DNA of 64,000 nt, taken from Methanobacteriota archaeon. Its GTDB lineage: Archaea; Thermoplasmatota; Poseidoniia; Poseidoniales; Thalassarchaeaceae. The position numbers and the translations under genes are program-made. Each line of letters starts with the position of its first letter. The first letter of the stretch is position 1. Of this stretch, positions 15,789 to 24,948 are shown one piece after another. The stretch lies in the NCBI GenBank assembly GCA_014240285.1, contig JAAZXI010000003.1, positions 398 through 64,397 of the forward strand. Reading direction: 5' to 3'. The notes beneath the pieces are model-generated. The model was not told the origin of the DNA and ran no database searches. It was given only the letters and a program-made list of their open reading frames with translations.

Positions 15789-16787
15789 GTGTGTGTGGAG
15801 GGTATTTCCGACTTGGTCGAACGGCTCAGGGCCGCAGGCGTCCCGGTTGATGACAGTATCGCCGAGGCGATGAGTTTCGTTGAACCTGGAGATTTCACCG
15901 ACCACGACACGGAGTTGTTCCTGATGGACAGGCCGGTCCCATTCCTAGTCACTGAAAGCGGTGCAGCCAAGACCATCTCCGCCCCTCACATGGTAGCGAC
16001 CCTGTTGCATCATCTTGAGATCAGAGAAGGGCAGCATGTTCTGCTGCTGGGCTCCAAGGGAGGGTATCTCGCTTCACTCCTCGATTTCATGCTCGGACCG
16101 GATGGCGCAGTGACTATCATCGAGCCTCACCCCGAGGTCCTGCGGCACACCAGCGAGAGACTGGAGTTGCACAACTCAATGGGTCTGCTGAGAGCTCTGC
16201 CACCTGATGCTCTAGAGGGTTGGGCGGACTTCAGCAGACGAGTAGACAGGGTGCTAGTCACTGGGGCCGTCAGGGGGCTGGCTCCTGAGGTAGAGTCGAT
16301 GGTCGAAGAGGGTGGATTCGTGCTAGGCCCGTTCGGAGGCCCTCTCCACCAGAGGTTGCTCAAGAGGGAGCGACAGGGGGATAATTGGATGGATACCGAC
16401 CTTGGAGGGGTGGTTTTCGGGCCAATGGACCTCGCTGAGGCAGAGAGATCGCCTCTGGACCCTTATTCTCTGGCCGAACACCTAGAAGACTTGCTTGGCC
16501 TGATGACTGAAGTAATAGAAATCGAAGAAGAGACTCTAGATAGATTGGAGGGACTAATACTCTCCCTCAGAGAACTTCCTACTGACCTTCCCTTGCTGAA
16601 TGAGGACTCAACCGAGGACGAAATTCTAGAGCACCCGGTAATGGAACTTCTTCTGATGGAGATGGAATGGCTAGGCCCCATGTGGCCGCTATTCGGAGAT
16701 TATATGTCAATCGAGATAGCAAACCCCGGCTCGCCCGAAGATGATGATCAAGATATGCTCGGCGGACACGAGGATCTCGTACCTTAG
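15789..16787 (+). CDS. Protein-L-isoaspartate O-methyltransferase-like protein with an acidic C-terminal extension
   Basis: ISAPHMVATLLHHLEIREGQHVLLLGSKGGYLASLL matches the PIMT pre-motif and motif I region, but GSKGG replaces GxGxG. The start codon is GTG. The last 130 aa or so are acidic with no recognisable domain. Confidence 0.55.
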   Translation: MCVEGISDLVERLRAAGVPVDDSIAEAMSFVEPGDFTDHDTELFLMDRPVPFLVTESGAAKTISAPHMVATLLHHLEIREGQHVLLLGSKGGYLASLLDFMLGPDGAVTIIEPHPEVLRHTSERLELHNSMGLLRALPPDALEGWADFSRRVDRVLVTGAVRGLAPEVESMVEEGGFVLGPFGGPLHQRLLKRERQGDNWMDTDLGGVVFGPMDLAEAERSPLDPYSLAEHLEDLLGLMTEVIEIEEETLDRLEGLILSLRELPTDLPLLNEDSTEDEILEHPVMELLLMEMEWLGPMWPLFGDYMSIEIANPGSPEDDDQDMLGGHEDLVP

Positions 16788-16791
16788 ATGG

Positions 16792-17205
16792 TTAATCCCC
16801 TATTGCAGGCTGCGATAGTCTGGACAGCGGTATCGATATCGGCGGGAGGTGATCTGAGAGAAGATGTCTAGATGTCTTGGGAGGAAACAGTTCACCGGAC
16901 AATGCTGCTTCGACGACCTCTTCCTTCTCTAACGAGTCGCGCCCACAACTGGGCCAAACAGTCAGCGACACCCGATCATCTTCGAGATAGTCGACCCGCA
17001 CGCATGGCAGGCACAGAAGTTCCAACCTATGCGCCACGCTAGTCCGATGGTGTCCGTCCAGTATTGTGCCTGTCTTGCGGTCGACCAATAGGGGCTTAGT
17101 GTAAGCCTTCCAACGCAGAGTCATCTTCTCTAGATTGTCAACCCGGTGTTCCTCCACCTGCTCATGTGGCAGCAGAGTTTCGACAGGTACGAGTTCGACC
17201 TTCAC
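16792..17205 (-). CDS. ParB/sulfiredoxin-fold small protein
   Basis: LLPHEQV...TILDGHHRTSVAHRL matches the ParB N-terminal/Srx core (a DGHHR box). Confidence 0.55.
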   Translation of the reverse strand: MKVELVPVETLLPHEQVEEHRVDNLEKMTLRWKAYTKPLLVDRKTGTILDGHHRTSVAHRLELLCLPCVRVDYLEDDRVSLTVWPSCGRDSLEKEEVVEAALSGELFPPKTSRHLLSDHLPPISIPLSRLSQPAIGD

Positions 17206-17278
17206 ATAGAGCCGAAGGGCTGTTTACCAATATGCCTAACGCCCGAAGCAATCATGGCCAGAAGGCCGTCGGCGCAAC

Positions 17279-18517
17279 ATGGGACCCGAGCATGAGCACC
17301 TTAGCGAAGCCGACCGGCTGGTGCTTGACGGACTGCGCGCGACCGGTAAGGCGTGGATAGTCGGGGGCTGGGTCAGAGAGGCTGCTTCGGGCCGTCATGA
17401 GACTGACGTGGATATCGCCACTACTCTGTTGCCTGCTGAGGTCAAGGAGTTATTTCCGCGCTCTCTCATGGTGGGGGAGAAGTATGGTACGGTGATAGTC
17501 AGGCTGGGCGGGGACGTCTCCGACGGCACATGGGAGGTGACCACTCTGCGAAGCGAAGGTAGTTACGGCGATGGCAGGAGGCCGGATCAAGTAGAATTTG
17601 GCCAAAGTATAGAGGATGATTTGGCCCGGCGAGACTTCACAATCAATGCGATGGCCATCGACTCGGATGGCAATGTGATAGATCCCTTTGACGGTATGGC
17701 CGATTTACGAGCAGGAGTCCTGAGGGCAGTCGGTGAAGCAAGCGAGAGGCTTGGTGAAGATGGTCTACGGATAATGAGGGCGTACCGATTCCTAGATTCT
17801 GCTGGCAACATGCGCAGCATGGAGTCCTCATTGAGATCTGCTGTGAGAGAGAATCTAGGAATGCTCGATGTGGTTTCCAGAGAGAGGATTGGAATGGAGA
17901 TGGAGAGAATCCTCGGAGGTAGAAATGCCAGAGAGGTAATTTCGCAGATGAACGAAGACGGTGTTCTAAATCAGGTTCTACCTGAAATCTTCTGCACCGC
18001 CTCACCCTCATTCTGTACTGACCCCATAGTCAATCTCGCTCTGCTGTGCAGTGAGGACTCTTCCAAGGGAAGCGACCTCGCAGGAAATCTGCGTAGCGCC
18101 CTCATGATGGGCAAGGAGCCATTGCGCCAAGTCGCGTTCCTGCATGGCACTAGAAACGTTTCCGTGTCAACTGAAATCGGTGGGCTTCGCCGCTTCCGTG
18201 CTGCCCTTCCTCCCAAGTGGCAGAGTGCTTTCATTGCCTATTCGCTCGGACTCGGGCAGGAAGCCTCCGAGTTCGCCGAGGCTCTGGCCTCACTGAGCCC
18301 TCTCAAAGCGGGAAACGCCCCTCTGATAGATGGGAACACTCTGGCTGCTGCGACCGGATTGGATCCAGGACCGCGGTTGGGACGTCTGAAGGGACTGTTG
18401 CACAGAATTCAGATAGAGCGGGACCTGTCTACTGAGGAAAGGGCCCTGTCGTTGCTGGATGAGTTGGACTGGAGAGATTCGGACTTTGAGGAGTGGTTAG
18501 CACTTAGTTGGCCCTAA
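17279..18517 (+). CDS. cca: Class II tRNA nucleotidyltransferase (CCA-adding enzyme / poly(A) polymerase family)
   Basis: GGWVREAASGRHETDVDIATT and RRDFTINAMA are the hallmark head-domain motifs of class II enzymes. Confidence 0.8.
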   Translation: MGPEHEHLSEADRLVLDGLRATGKAWIVGGWVREAASGRHETDVDIATTLLPAEVKELFPRSLMVGEKYGTVIVRLGGDVSDGTWEVTTLRSEGSYGDGRRPDQVEFGQSIEDDLARRDFTINAMAIDSDGNVIDPFDGMADLRAGVLRAVGEASERLGEDGLRIMRAYRFLDSAGNMRSMESSLRSAVRENLGMLDVVSRERIGMEMERILGGRNAREVISQMNEDGVLNQVLPEIFCTASPSFCTDPIVNLALLCSEDSSKGSDLAGNLRSALMMGKEPLRQVAFLHGTRNVSVSTEIGGLRRFRAALPPKWQSAFIAYSLGLGQEASEFAEALASLSPLKAGNAPLIDGNTLAAATGLDPGPRLGRLKGLLHRIQIERDLSTEERALSLLDELDWRDSDFEEWLALSWP

Positions 18518-19017
18518 GGTAGCTCGTTCAGCATCTCGATGTACTCTTCTTGATTGAGAAACTGGTCCTCGTCGAATTCGTGTGGCTGCACTATCATGCA
18601 CCAGCCGTCTCCGTAGGCGTCGTCGTTGAGCAGATCTGGATTATCCTCGACCTCCCCATTCAGTTCCATGATCTTGCAAGGAAAAGGCGAGTTGATTAGG
18701 AGTGTCTCGATTTCGCCCTCGTAGCTGGTGGTGAGGGTAATCAGCAGGTCCTCCGTCCCAACCTCGTCACCGGCCCCCATGATTTGAGGGGAGTCGTCAT
18801 CGATGACCTCGACATCGGAGTCGCCCTTGAACTCGCTATCATCTTCAGGGCGAGTGAGTACTACCCTGACGATGTTACCGTACTCAGCAAGGATGAATTC
18901 GCTGATTCCAACCTTCACCGAGTTGGCCTTGTCATCCAATGCCTGAAGCCAAAGATGCTCCAATGTGTATCTACGATCATGTGCGATGCTGAACTCCGAA
19001 TAGTCGCCGGCTGCCAT
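18514..19017 (-). CDS. Glycine-cleavage H-like protein lacking the lipoyl-lysine
   Basis: YTLEHLWL, VGISEFILAEYGNIV, SPFPCKIMELN and GDGWCMIV align with GcvH. The position of the lipoyl Lys aligns to Ile, and an acidic insertion precedes it. Confidence 0.7.
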   Translation of the reverse strand: MAAGDYSEFSIAHDRRYTLEHLWLQALDDKANSVKVGISEFILAEYGNIVRVVLTRPEDDSEFKGDSDVEVIDDDSPQIMGAGDEVGTEDLLITLTTSYEGEIETLLINSPFPCKIMELNGEVEDNPDLLNDDAYGDGWCMIVQPHEFDEDQFLNQEEYIEMLNELP

Positions 19018-19130
19018 GTTATACCGAACCGGGCGCTCAGATTACCAATTTGAACTATTCGATTGAGATGCCCCTCAGAAGGCCACGAGGGATTAACAAC
19101 GAAACCCGCTTCGGTTGCATAGGGAGAGAG

Positions 19131-20309
19131 ATGGATTTTCGCGAGACTGAGGAACAAGGCATGATTCGCGAGATGGTGCGCGATTTCGCTGAGAGCGTAC
19201 TCGCCCCAACTTGCTTGGAGCGTGACAGGGCGCAGCGGGCCCCCCTCGAGGAATGGGTGGCATTCTGCGAGCAATCTGGATTACAGGGCATCACAATACC
19301 CGAGGATTGCGGGGGCAGTCCCGTCGACGATATCTCGGAAGCGATAATCGTCGAGGAGCTTGCCCGTGTCGACCCATCATTCTCGGTGATGTTTTGCGTT
19401 CACGTCGGGCTATGTTCGAAGACCATAGCCCTGCATGGCAACGACGAGCAGAAGCAGAAGTACCTCTCGAGACTGGCCGGAAGCGAAATCGGAGCCTATT
19501 CACTGTCCGAGGCCGGAGCTGGCACTGACGCCGCTGCACTCGGCTGCAAGGCAAAACTGAGCGAGGACGGTAGCCACTACATCCTCAACGGTGAGAAGAT
19601 GTGGGTCACCAATGGCGCGAGCGCTGACATCTATGTGCTGTTCGCCAAGGATGTCGACCATCCCGAATACGGCCAGAAGAAGCACGGCGGAACGACGGCA
19701 TTCATTGTCGAGAGGGGGTTTGAGGGATTCTCTGTCGGAAAGAAAGAGGACAAGCTCGGAATCCGATCTAGTGACACCTGCTCGCTGCTGCTTGATGACT
19801 GTAAGGTTCCGGTGAATAATGTCCTCAAAGGCTCCGGAGAGGGTTTTCCGATAGCCATGAACGCGCTCGACAACTCAAGGATAGGGATTGCTGCTCAGGC
19901 CCTCGGCATTGCACAAGGAGCATACGAGGCGGCACTGAACTACGCTCACGAGCGGGTCGCCTTCGGCAAGCCAATAGCTCACCACCAGAGCATCGGTAAC
20001 TACCTCGCAGACATGGCTACCCGCACCGAAGCGGCCAGAATGATGGTCTACAAGGCAGCTTGGGCCAAGCAGAGGCACTACGAGGATGCAGCGCCCAGAC
20101 ATACAAAGGAGGCCAGCATGGCCAAGCTTTTCGCGGGCGATACCGCGATGTGGGTTTCTGAGAGGGCGGTTCAGGTCCTCGGAGGATACGGCTACACAAC
20201 CGACTTCCCCGTCGAGCGTTTCTTCCGTGATGCCAAGATCACTCAAATCTATGAAGGCACCCAAGAAGTTCAGAGGATTGTCATCAATCGCTCGATAGTA
20301 CCTGAGTGA
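19131..20309 (+). CDS. Acyl-CoA dehydrogenase (short/branched-chain type)
   Basis: From ATG 19131 the N-terminus is MDFRETEEQGMIREMVRDFAE. Other motifs are GAYSLSEAGAGTDAA, GEKMWVTNG and YEGTQEVQRIVI. Confidence 0.9.
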   Translation: MDFRETEEQGMIREMVRDFAESVLAPTCLERDRAQRAPLEEWVAFCEQSGLQGITIPEDCGGSPVDDISEAIIVEELARVDPSFSVMFCVHVGLCSKTIALHGNDEQKQKYLSRLAGSEIGAYSLSEAGAGTDAAALGCKAKLSEDGSHYILNGEKMWVTNGASADIYVLFAKDVDHPEYGQKKHGGTTAFIVERGFEGFSVGKKEDKLGIRSSDTCSLLLDDCKVPVNNVLKGSGEGFPIAMNALDNSRIGIAAQALGIAQGAYEAALNYAHERVAFGKPIAHHQSIGNYLADMATRTEAARMMVYKAAWAKQRHYEDAAPRHTKEASMAKLFAGDTAMWVSERAVQVLGGYGYTTDFPVERFFRDAKITQIYEGTQEVQRIVINRSIVPE

Positions 20310-20317
20310 GGAATCGT

Positions 20318-21568
20318 ATGGTAGCCTTCCCAATTGAGGATGTGCGCTCGAGATTTCCAGGACTGCAACGCGTGGTCAACGGGCACCGCGCCATCTTCTT
20401 CGACGGCCCGGGAGGGAGTCAGGCTCCCGAATCAGTAGGCGATGCTGTCAGACACTACCTGATGCATCAAAATGCCAACATTGGGATGTCTTTCGCGACC
20501 TCAGTAGAAACAGATGCACTGATCAAAGAAACGATGAGGGCGTGCGCCGACTTTGTCGGCTGCGAAGACCACAGGGAGATAGTGTTCGGCCAGAACATGA
20601 CCAGTCTGACAATTCAGCTGGCCAGTGCCCTGAGCCGAACCTGGGGTCCTGGTGACGAAATAGTGGTGACTCGTCTCGACCATGATGCCAACGTCCGCCC
20701 GTGGGTGCTGGCAGCTGAGTGGTCGGGTGCTACGGTTAGGCGCGTTGACGTCAATCCGGATGACTGCACTCACAATGTTGAGTCTCTGAATTCCTCAATC
20801 AATGACAATACTGTCCTTGTCGCAGTAGGTGCGGCCTCGAACCTATCGGGCACCATCAATGATGTCGCTAGCATATGCAAGAAGGCCCACTCTGTCGGCG
20901 CCGAGGTTTTCGTAGATGCTGTGCACTATGCGCCGCACTTGCTCGTGGACGTCAATAAAATGGGGTGCGACTACTTGGTCTGCTCCTCATACAAGTTCTT
21001 CGGGACACATCAGGGAATCCTGTGGGGACGAGCAGACCGGTTGGCAGATTTACCAGTCGCCAAGTTGCGTGTTTCTACAGAGGAAGTTCCATTCCGATGG
21101 ATGACTGGTACCCAGAGTCACGAGTCAATGGCCGGGACTCTAGCGGCAATAGAGCATCTGGCATGGATTGGTCGGACAATCTCGGGGAGTGAAATTGGGC
21201 GGCGGGAGGCGTTACAGGTCGCTTTCTCGGCGATTGAGAACTACGAACGGGACATGTGCTGGCGCATTATCGAGGGACTGAAGACGAATGCAGGAATCAA
21301 AATCTGGGGCATCACCGACCCCGCTCGCATCCCAGAGAGGGCACCTACAGTGTCTTTCACCCACAACTCGATGACCGCTCAGCAGATTGGTGATGCTCTA
21401 GCCGAGCGCGGCATCTTCGTCTGGGTAGGGAACTTCTACGCCCTAGAACTCAGCGAGGCACTAGGACTGGAGCCAGAAGGGGTTCTTCGGGTCGGAGTAC
21501 TGCACTACAACACCATGGAAGAGGTTGAAAGATTCCTCAGTGAACTTTCGTCCATCCTAGCGGAGTAG
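20318..21568 (+). CDS. Class V aminotransferase, cysteine desulfurase-like
   Basis: Motifs are FFDGPGGSQAP, VDAVHYAPH, SSYKFFGTHQGILWG (the PLP Lys) and PTVSFT. The alternative GTG at 20306 overlaps the upstream stop. Confidence 0.8.
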   Translation: MVAFPIEDVRSRFPGLQRVVNGHRAIFFDGPGGSQAPESVGDAVRHYLMHQNANIGMSFATSVETDALIKETMRACADFVGCEDHREIVFGQNMTSLTIQLASALSRTWGPGDEIVVTRLDHDANVRPWVLAAEWSGATVRRVDVNPDDCTHNVESLNSSINDNTVLVAVGAASNLSGTINDVASICKKAHSVGAEVFVDAVHYAPHLLVDVNKMGCDYLVCSSYKFFGTHQGILWGRADRLADLPVAKLRVSTEEVPFRWMTGTQSHESMAGTLAAIEHLAWIGRTISGSEIGRREALQVAFSAIENYERDMCWRIIEGLKTNAGIKIWGITDPARIPERAPTVSFTHNSMTAQQIGDALAERGIFVWVGNFYALELSEALGLEPEGVLRVGVLHYNTMEEVERFLSELSSILAE

Positions 21569-21569
21569 G

Positions 21570-23120
21570 CTACTCGACCCAGCGATACTCGCGCTGGCCC
21601 TCGAGATTACCCTTGGCACCAATGCTGACAAGTGCGAACTCATCGCTCGGTTTGACCACTGAACGCTTACGGGATCCCTTGTGCAGGGCCTCGTAGACCG
21701 TCTTGTTGATTGGATGGCGTCCGGATAGGCGCTCGAAGAGGTGGAATCTCGAGGAAATTTCGCGCCACTGCGGCTGGACGATGCCTTCGAAGACCTTTGC
21801 CTTAGCACCTGAGCCGTAGCCGCACAGCCCGACCATCTCCCCAGACATATCGATATTCTCGATGTAGTCGGACTCCATGGTCGACATCAGAGCGAGGAAG
21901 ATGGAACCAGTGTACTGATTGCCAATCAGGCTTGATGCGCGAGTGGTTCTCTCGATCCTCTCGTCCACGAAAATCTGGAATGCATCTGTCTTGGAAATCA
22001 GTCTGCGGTACGAGTCGTTCGCTCGTTCGAACTTCTCGATTCCCTTGGGTGTGTCAGGGAAGTCCTCAGGCATTGGCTCTGGGCCGATCTGCTCGATAAT
22101 CTCTGCCCACATCGGCAGGTGCCTCCTGTCGTGACGGAAGACGTCCGGGAACATCCTCTTACCCTGGAATGCATAGGGGAGGTGAACGATGATGCGGCTC
22201 CACTGGTTGGTCAGAATCTCGTCGTTCTCGGGGTCATAGCGGCCCTCGCGAATCGCCTTGTCGCGGAAGTTGATGAATGCCTGCTTAACCGACTCAGAAT
22301 AGCAACGGTTGGAGAACTGACCGTCAAAGACAGGGGTGTCCTTGTGAATTTGCAGCATTGGACTCTCAAACATGACATCGTCCTTCTTCGAAGAGCGTGG
22401 GAGATGCTTGAGAATACGCTCTGCGAGCCCTTCCCTGACCTTCTCACCACTCTCACGGGCAAGATCGAGGACATTTTCTACGATTGTCCTAGTGTCAACT
22501 TCCCTGCGTGGCTTGAAGAAATCATGAACTGGCATCGTCGAGACTCCCCAGATGTCCGGTATCTCCAGCAACCGAGGATTGTGACGAATCAGTATCGCAC
22601 CGCCACCCGCACCTTGAGTATACTCGCCTGACGAACCAATGTCGTACTTGGCGTTGTCAGCGAACACAACTATGCCCATTCTGTCCTTCTCCTCGCCTCC
22701 GCGAGCCACCCAGTCAAGGGTGTTGTGCATGGCATCCACTGCGCCTATGCAAGCGAAGGTCATGTCGACCACATCGCAGTTGCGGAAGCAGTCCTTCCCA
22801 TGACTGGAGGTGTAGCGCTGCTCGAGCATGTCCATGATGTAGGTCGCAGTCGGTTTGGAGCCATCTAGCGCCGACTCGGTCCCGAGGTATATCCTGCCGA
22901 TGGAAGAGGGGTCGAGTCCATTGCGGTCGAGCAACCTGCGAACTGCGTTCGCGCCCATTGTTGCTGTGTCCTCATGGACATCTGGAATTGCCATCGCTGC
23001 AAGTCCAAGTCCACGGTTCAGTTTGCCGAAATCAGCTCCTCTGAGCTTGGCGAAGTCCTCCATGTCAAAGTAGAGGCGGGGGAAGTGAATCGCGATGTCA
23101 TCTATCCCAACTGATGTCAT
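21570..23120 (-). CDS. Hydroxymethylglutaryl-CoA synthase, bacterial MvaS-like with insertions
   Basis: Motifs are GIDDIAIHFPRLYFDMEDFA, GTESALDGSK, the catalytic-Cys region DMTFACIGAV, GEYTQGAGGGA, IGNQYTGSIFLAL and GYGSGA. Confidence 0.85.
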   Translation of the reverse strand: MTSVGIDDIAIHFPRLYFDMEDFAKLRGADFGKLNRGLGLAAMAIPDVHEDTATMGANAVRRLLDRNGLDPSSIGRIYLGTESALDGSKPTATYIMDMLEQRYTSSHGKDCFRNCDVVDMTFACIGAVDAMHNTLDWVARGGEEKDRMGIVVFADNAKYDIGSSGEYTQGAGGGAILIRHNPRLLEIPDIWGVSTMPVHDFFKPRREVDTRTIVENVLDLARESGEKVREGLAERILKHLPRSSKKDDVMFESPMLQIHKDTPVFDGQFSNRCYSESVKQAFINFRDKAIREGRYDPENDEILTNQWSRIIVHLPYAFQGKRMFPDVFRHDRRHLPMWAEIIEQIGPEPMPEDFPDTPKGIEKFERANDSYRRLISKTDAFQIFVDERIERTTRASSLIGNQYTGSIFLALMSTMESDYIENIDMSGEMVGLCGYGSGAKAKVFEGIVQPQWREISSRFHLFERLSGRHPINKTVYEALHKGSRKRSVVKPSDEFALVSIGAKGNLEGQREYRWVE

Positions 23121-23205
23121 TAGTCCACCCTCAAGCCCGCGCGGGTGAGAGTGGGTTATGAGTCCTCGCCCTGCTTAACAACCATGAGTTTTTGTGATAA
23201 ACGTA

Positions 23206-24324
23206 CTACTGCGAGCCGGTGAGTCGGTTCATCGCTGCAAGGAGCTCTGGTTTTTGCGAGAAGTGTTGTGAAACCGGGGCGAGTACTTCGGACAGGCCTT
23301 CTGCTACGGCCATCTTAGCATCGAGAGGGTGTATTGAGCCATCCGACACGGCGTCGACGAAACTCTGCAGATTATCCCAATTTGAGGGCTCTCCGAACTT
23401 GGGGTCAGGAGTCACTGCGATTGAATCTAGTTTTGGCAGTACGATGTACTGGGCGATCTCGAAAACTGCTGAGTCGGGGTTACCAACCTCGAGGAACGCC
23501 TTCCTCATCTTGGCCCTGAGTGTGTCGGGATCGTCATCGAGCAGGATTGCGTTACCTGGGTCGGACTTGGACATCTTATGATCGAACGAGTCCATCCTCT
23601 CACCTGGACCCTTCAGACCCGACATCATGGGAGTGTGGATGCACGTGGCCTTGGTCCAACCGTACTTGTCGGCAACCTCGCGCATGTACATGTGCGCCTT
23701 GCGTTGATCCATGCCTCCGAAAGCGATGTCAATCTCCAACTCGAAAATGTCCGCTGCCTGTAGGGCGGGATAGTAGAACGCGGCTAGATCGTGATCCGAA
23801 GAATCCTCGTCGCGACCCATGATGCTGAATGTCCTACGCACCCTCGAGAGACTCATATTCTTCGAACATCTGAGTACCCTCTCCCAATACCTGCCCGAAT
23901 CCATCAGTTCTGATGCGGCCAGGAACCTGAGCTGACCCGCTCCTTCTCCTTCTGGAGGGTTTCCAAGAAGTGCCCTGAAGACTTCGGTCATGTACTCGCC
24001 GGCGAGTGTAATCTTGTCCATGTCGCGATCGAACTTGTCGTTCACCCAAGCGTGCCAGTCGGCGAGTAGGATGATTACGTTCACACCCTCGTCGAGCATG
24101 TTGCGGATGGTGTCGGCAAGCAGTATCCAGCCCAAGTGTGCCTTGCCGCTTGGCTCGAGGCCGATGTAAGCGACCAGTTGGCCGTCCCCCGAGTGGGTCG
24201 GGCCTCCTGAAATAACAGAGTCGACGTGCCCCCCGCCGACGACTTCAGCGCAGCCTGCGAACATACGGGAGACGCGTGAGCGTCCCTCCTCATCCAGCGA
24301 TGAGGGGGAGTCATTGTCGTTCAT
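23206..24324 (-). CDS. tyrS: Tyrosine--tRNA ligase, archaeal type
   Basis: AYIGLEPSGKAHLGW is the HIGH region. Other motifs are IILLADWHAW, YPALQAADI, GGMDQRKAHM, KMSKS and HPLDAKMAVAE. It aligns well with the M. jannaschii TyrRS sequence as I remember it. Confidence 0.9.
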   Translation of the reverse strand: MNDNDSPSSLDEEGRSRVSRMFAGCAEVVGGGHVDSVISGGPTHSGDGQLVAYIGLEPSGKAHLGWILLADTIRNMLDEGVNVIILLADWHAWVNDKFDRDMDKITLAGEYMTEVFRALLGNPPEGEGAGQLRFLAASELMDSGRYWERVLRCSKNMSLSRVRRTFSIMGRDEDSSDHDLAAFYYPALQAADIFELEIDIAFGGMDQRKAHMYMREVADKYGWTKATCIHTPMMSGLKGPGERMDSFDHKMSKSDPGNAILLDDDPDTLRAKMRKAFLEVGNPDSAVFEIAQYIVLPKLDSIAVTPDPKFGEPSNWDNLQSFVDAVSDGSIHPLDAKMAVAEGLSEVLAPVSQHFSQKPELLAAMNRLTGSQ

Positions 24325-24332
24325 GATTCACC

Positions 24333-24848
24333 TCATTCGAGTAGTTTGGCCAGTTTCCCCGCGCGTCCTGCCGCCTTCGTGTAGTCTCCCTGCTCCAACG
24401 CGGTCTCGATTTCCTCAATCATAGACTCTGCCTGTTCAGAGATCTCTTCGGGGATGTTTTGCGACATTGACATGAAGTGCCGCGCTGCAGAAATGCCGGA
24501 CTTCGCCTTACTGGCCTTCTTGGCCCATTCCTTGGCCTTGTCTCCTCTCTGCTTGGAATTGTATCCGGTGGCAGCGTCGAGGAACAAGGTCCAATTCTTG
24601 CGGGCCTCCATAGCTGATTTCACGGCCTCCGCGTCATCGAAGTCAGGAGGGATGTTGGTTATGTTCACAACTAGTGCGCCCTGCTCGTTGTAACTGGCTA
24701 CAATGGAGGTCATTATGTCGTGCGAACCGTTGAATGAATTGTCACCGGTGTCATCGACATTGTCGAAGTAATCCTGCGCCAGTACTGCCAGCCCTCCGTT
24801 CAAAGTTACCTGCTTTACCAGTCCTCGCTTGACATCGAATCTCTCCAT
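24333..24848 (-). CDS. Conserved hypothetical protein with a Lys-rich helical C-terminus
   Basis: From ATG 24848 the N-terminus is MERFDVKRG. It contains FLDAATGYNSKQRGDKAKEW. From memory it resembles archaeal DUF5611-type proteins, which I have not verified. It lies 8 nt upstream of tyrS. Confidence 0.5.
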   Translation of the reverse strand: MERFDVKRGLVKQVTLNGGLAVLAQDYFDNVDDTGDNSFNGSHDIMTSIVASYNEQGALVVNITNIPPDFDDAEAVKSAMEARKNWTLFLDAATGYNSKQRGDKAKEWAKKASKAKSGISAARHFMSMSQNIPEEISEQAESMIEEIETALEQGDYTKAAGRAGKLAKLLE

Positions 24849-24948
24849 GGTCGAGCGCTGGCTGAACCCTTCTTGAATGCTGTTGCCGCGCAAGCCTAAT
24901 CGGTGCTTGTGTCGAACGGGCTAAACCGGCATCGCCTGTCGGCGGGAC

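Noticed and set aside
23125-23154. An imperfect GC-rich hairpin between the tyrS stop and the HMG-CoA synthase start. Its arms are ccaccctca and tgagagtgg, around an inner cccgcgcggg.
   Set aside because: It contains a mismatch and a bulge, and I have no covariation evidence. It may simply be an intergenic structure. I recognised no known riboswitch or sRNA pattern.
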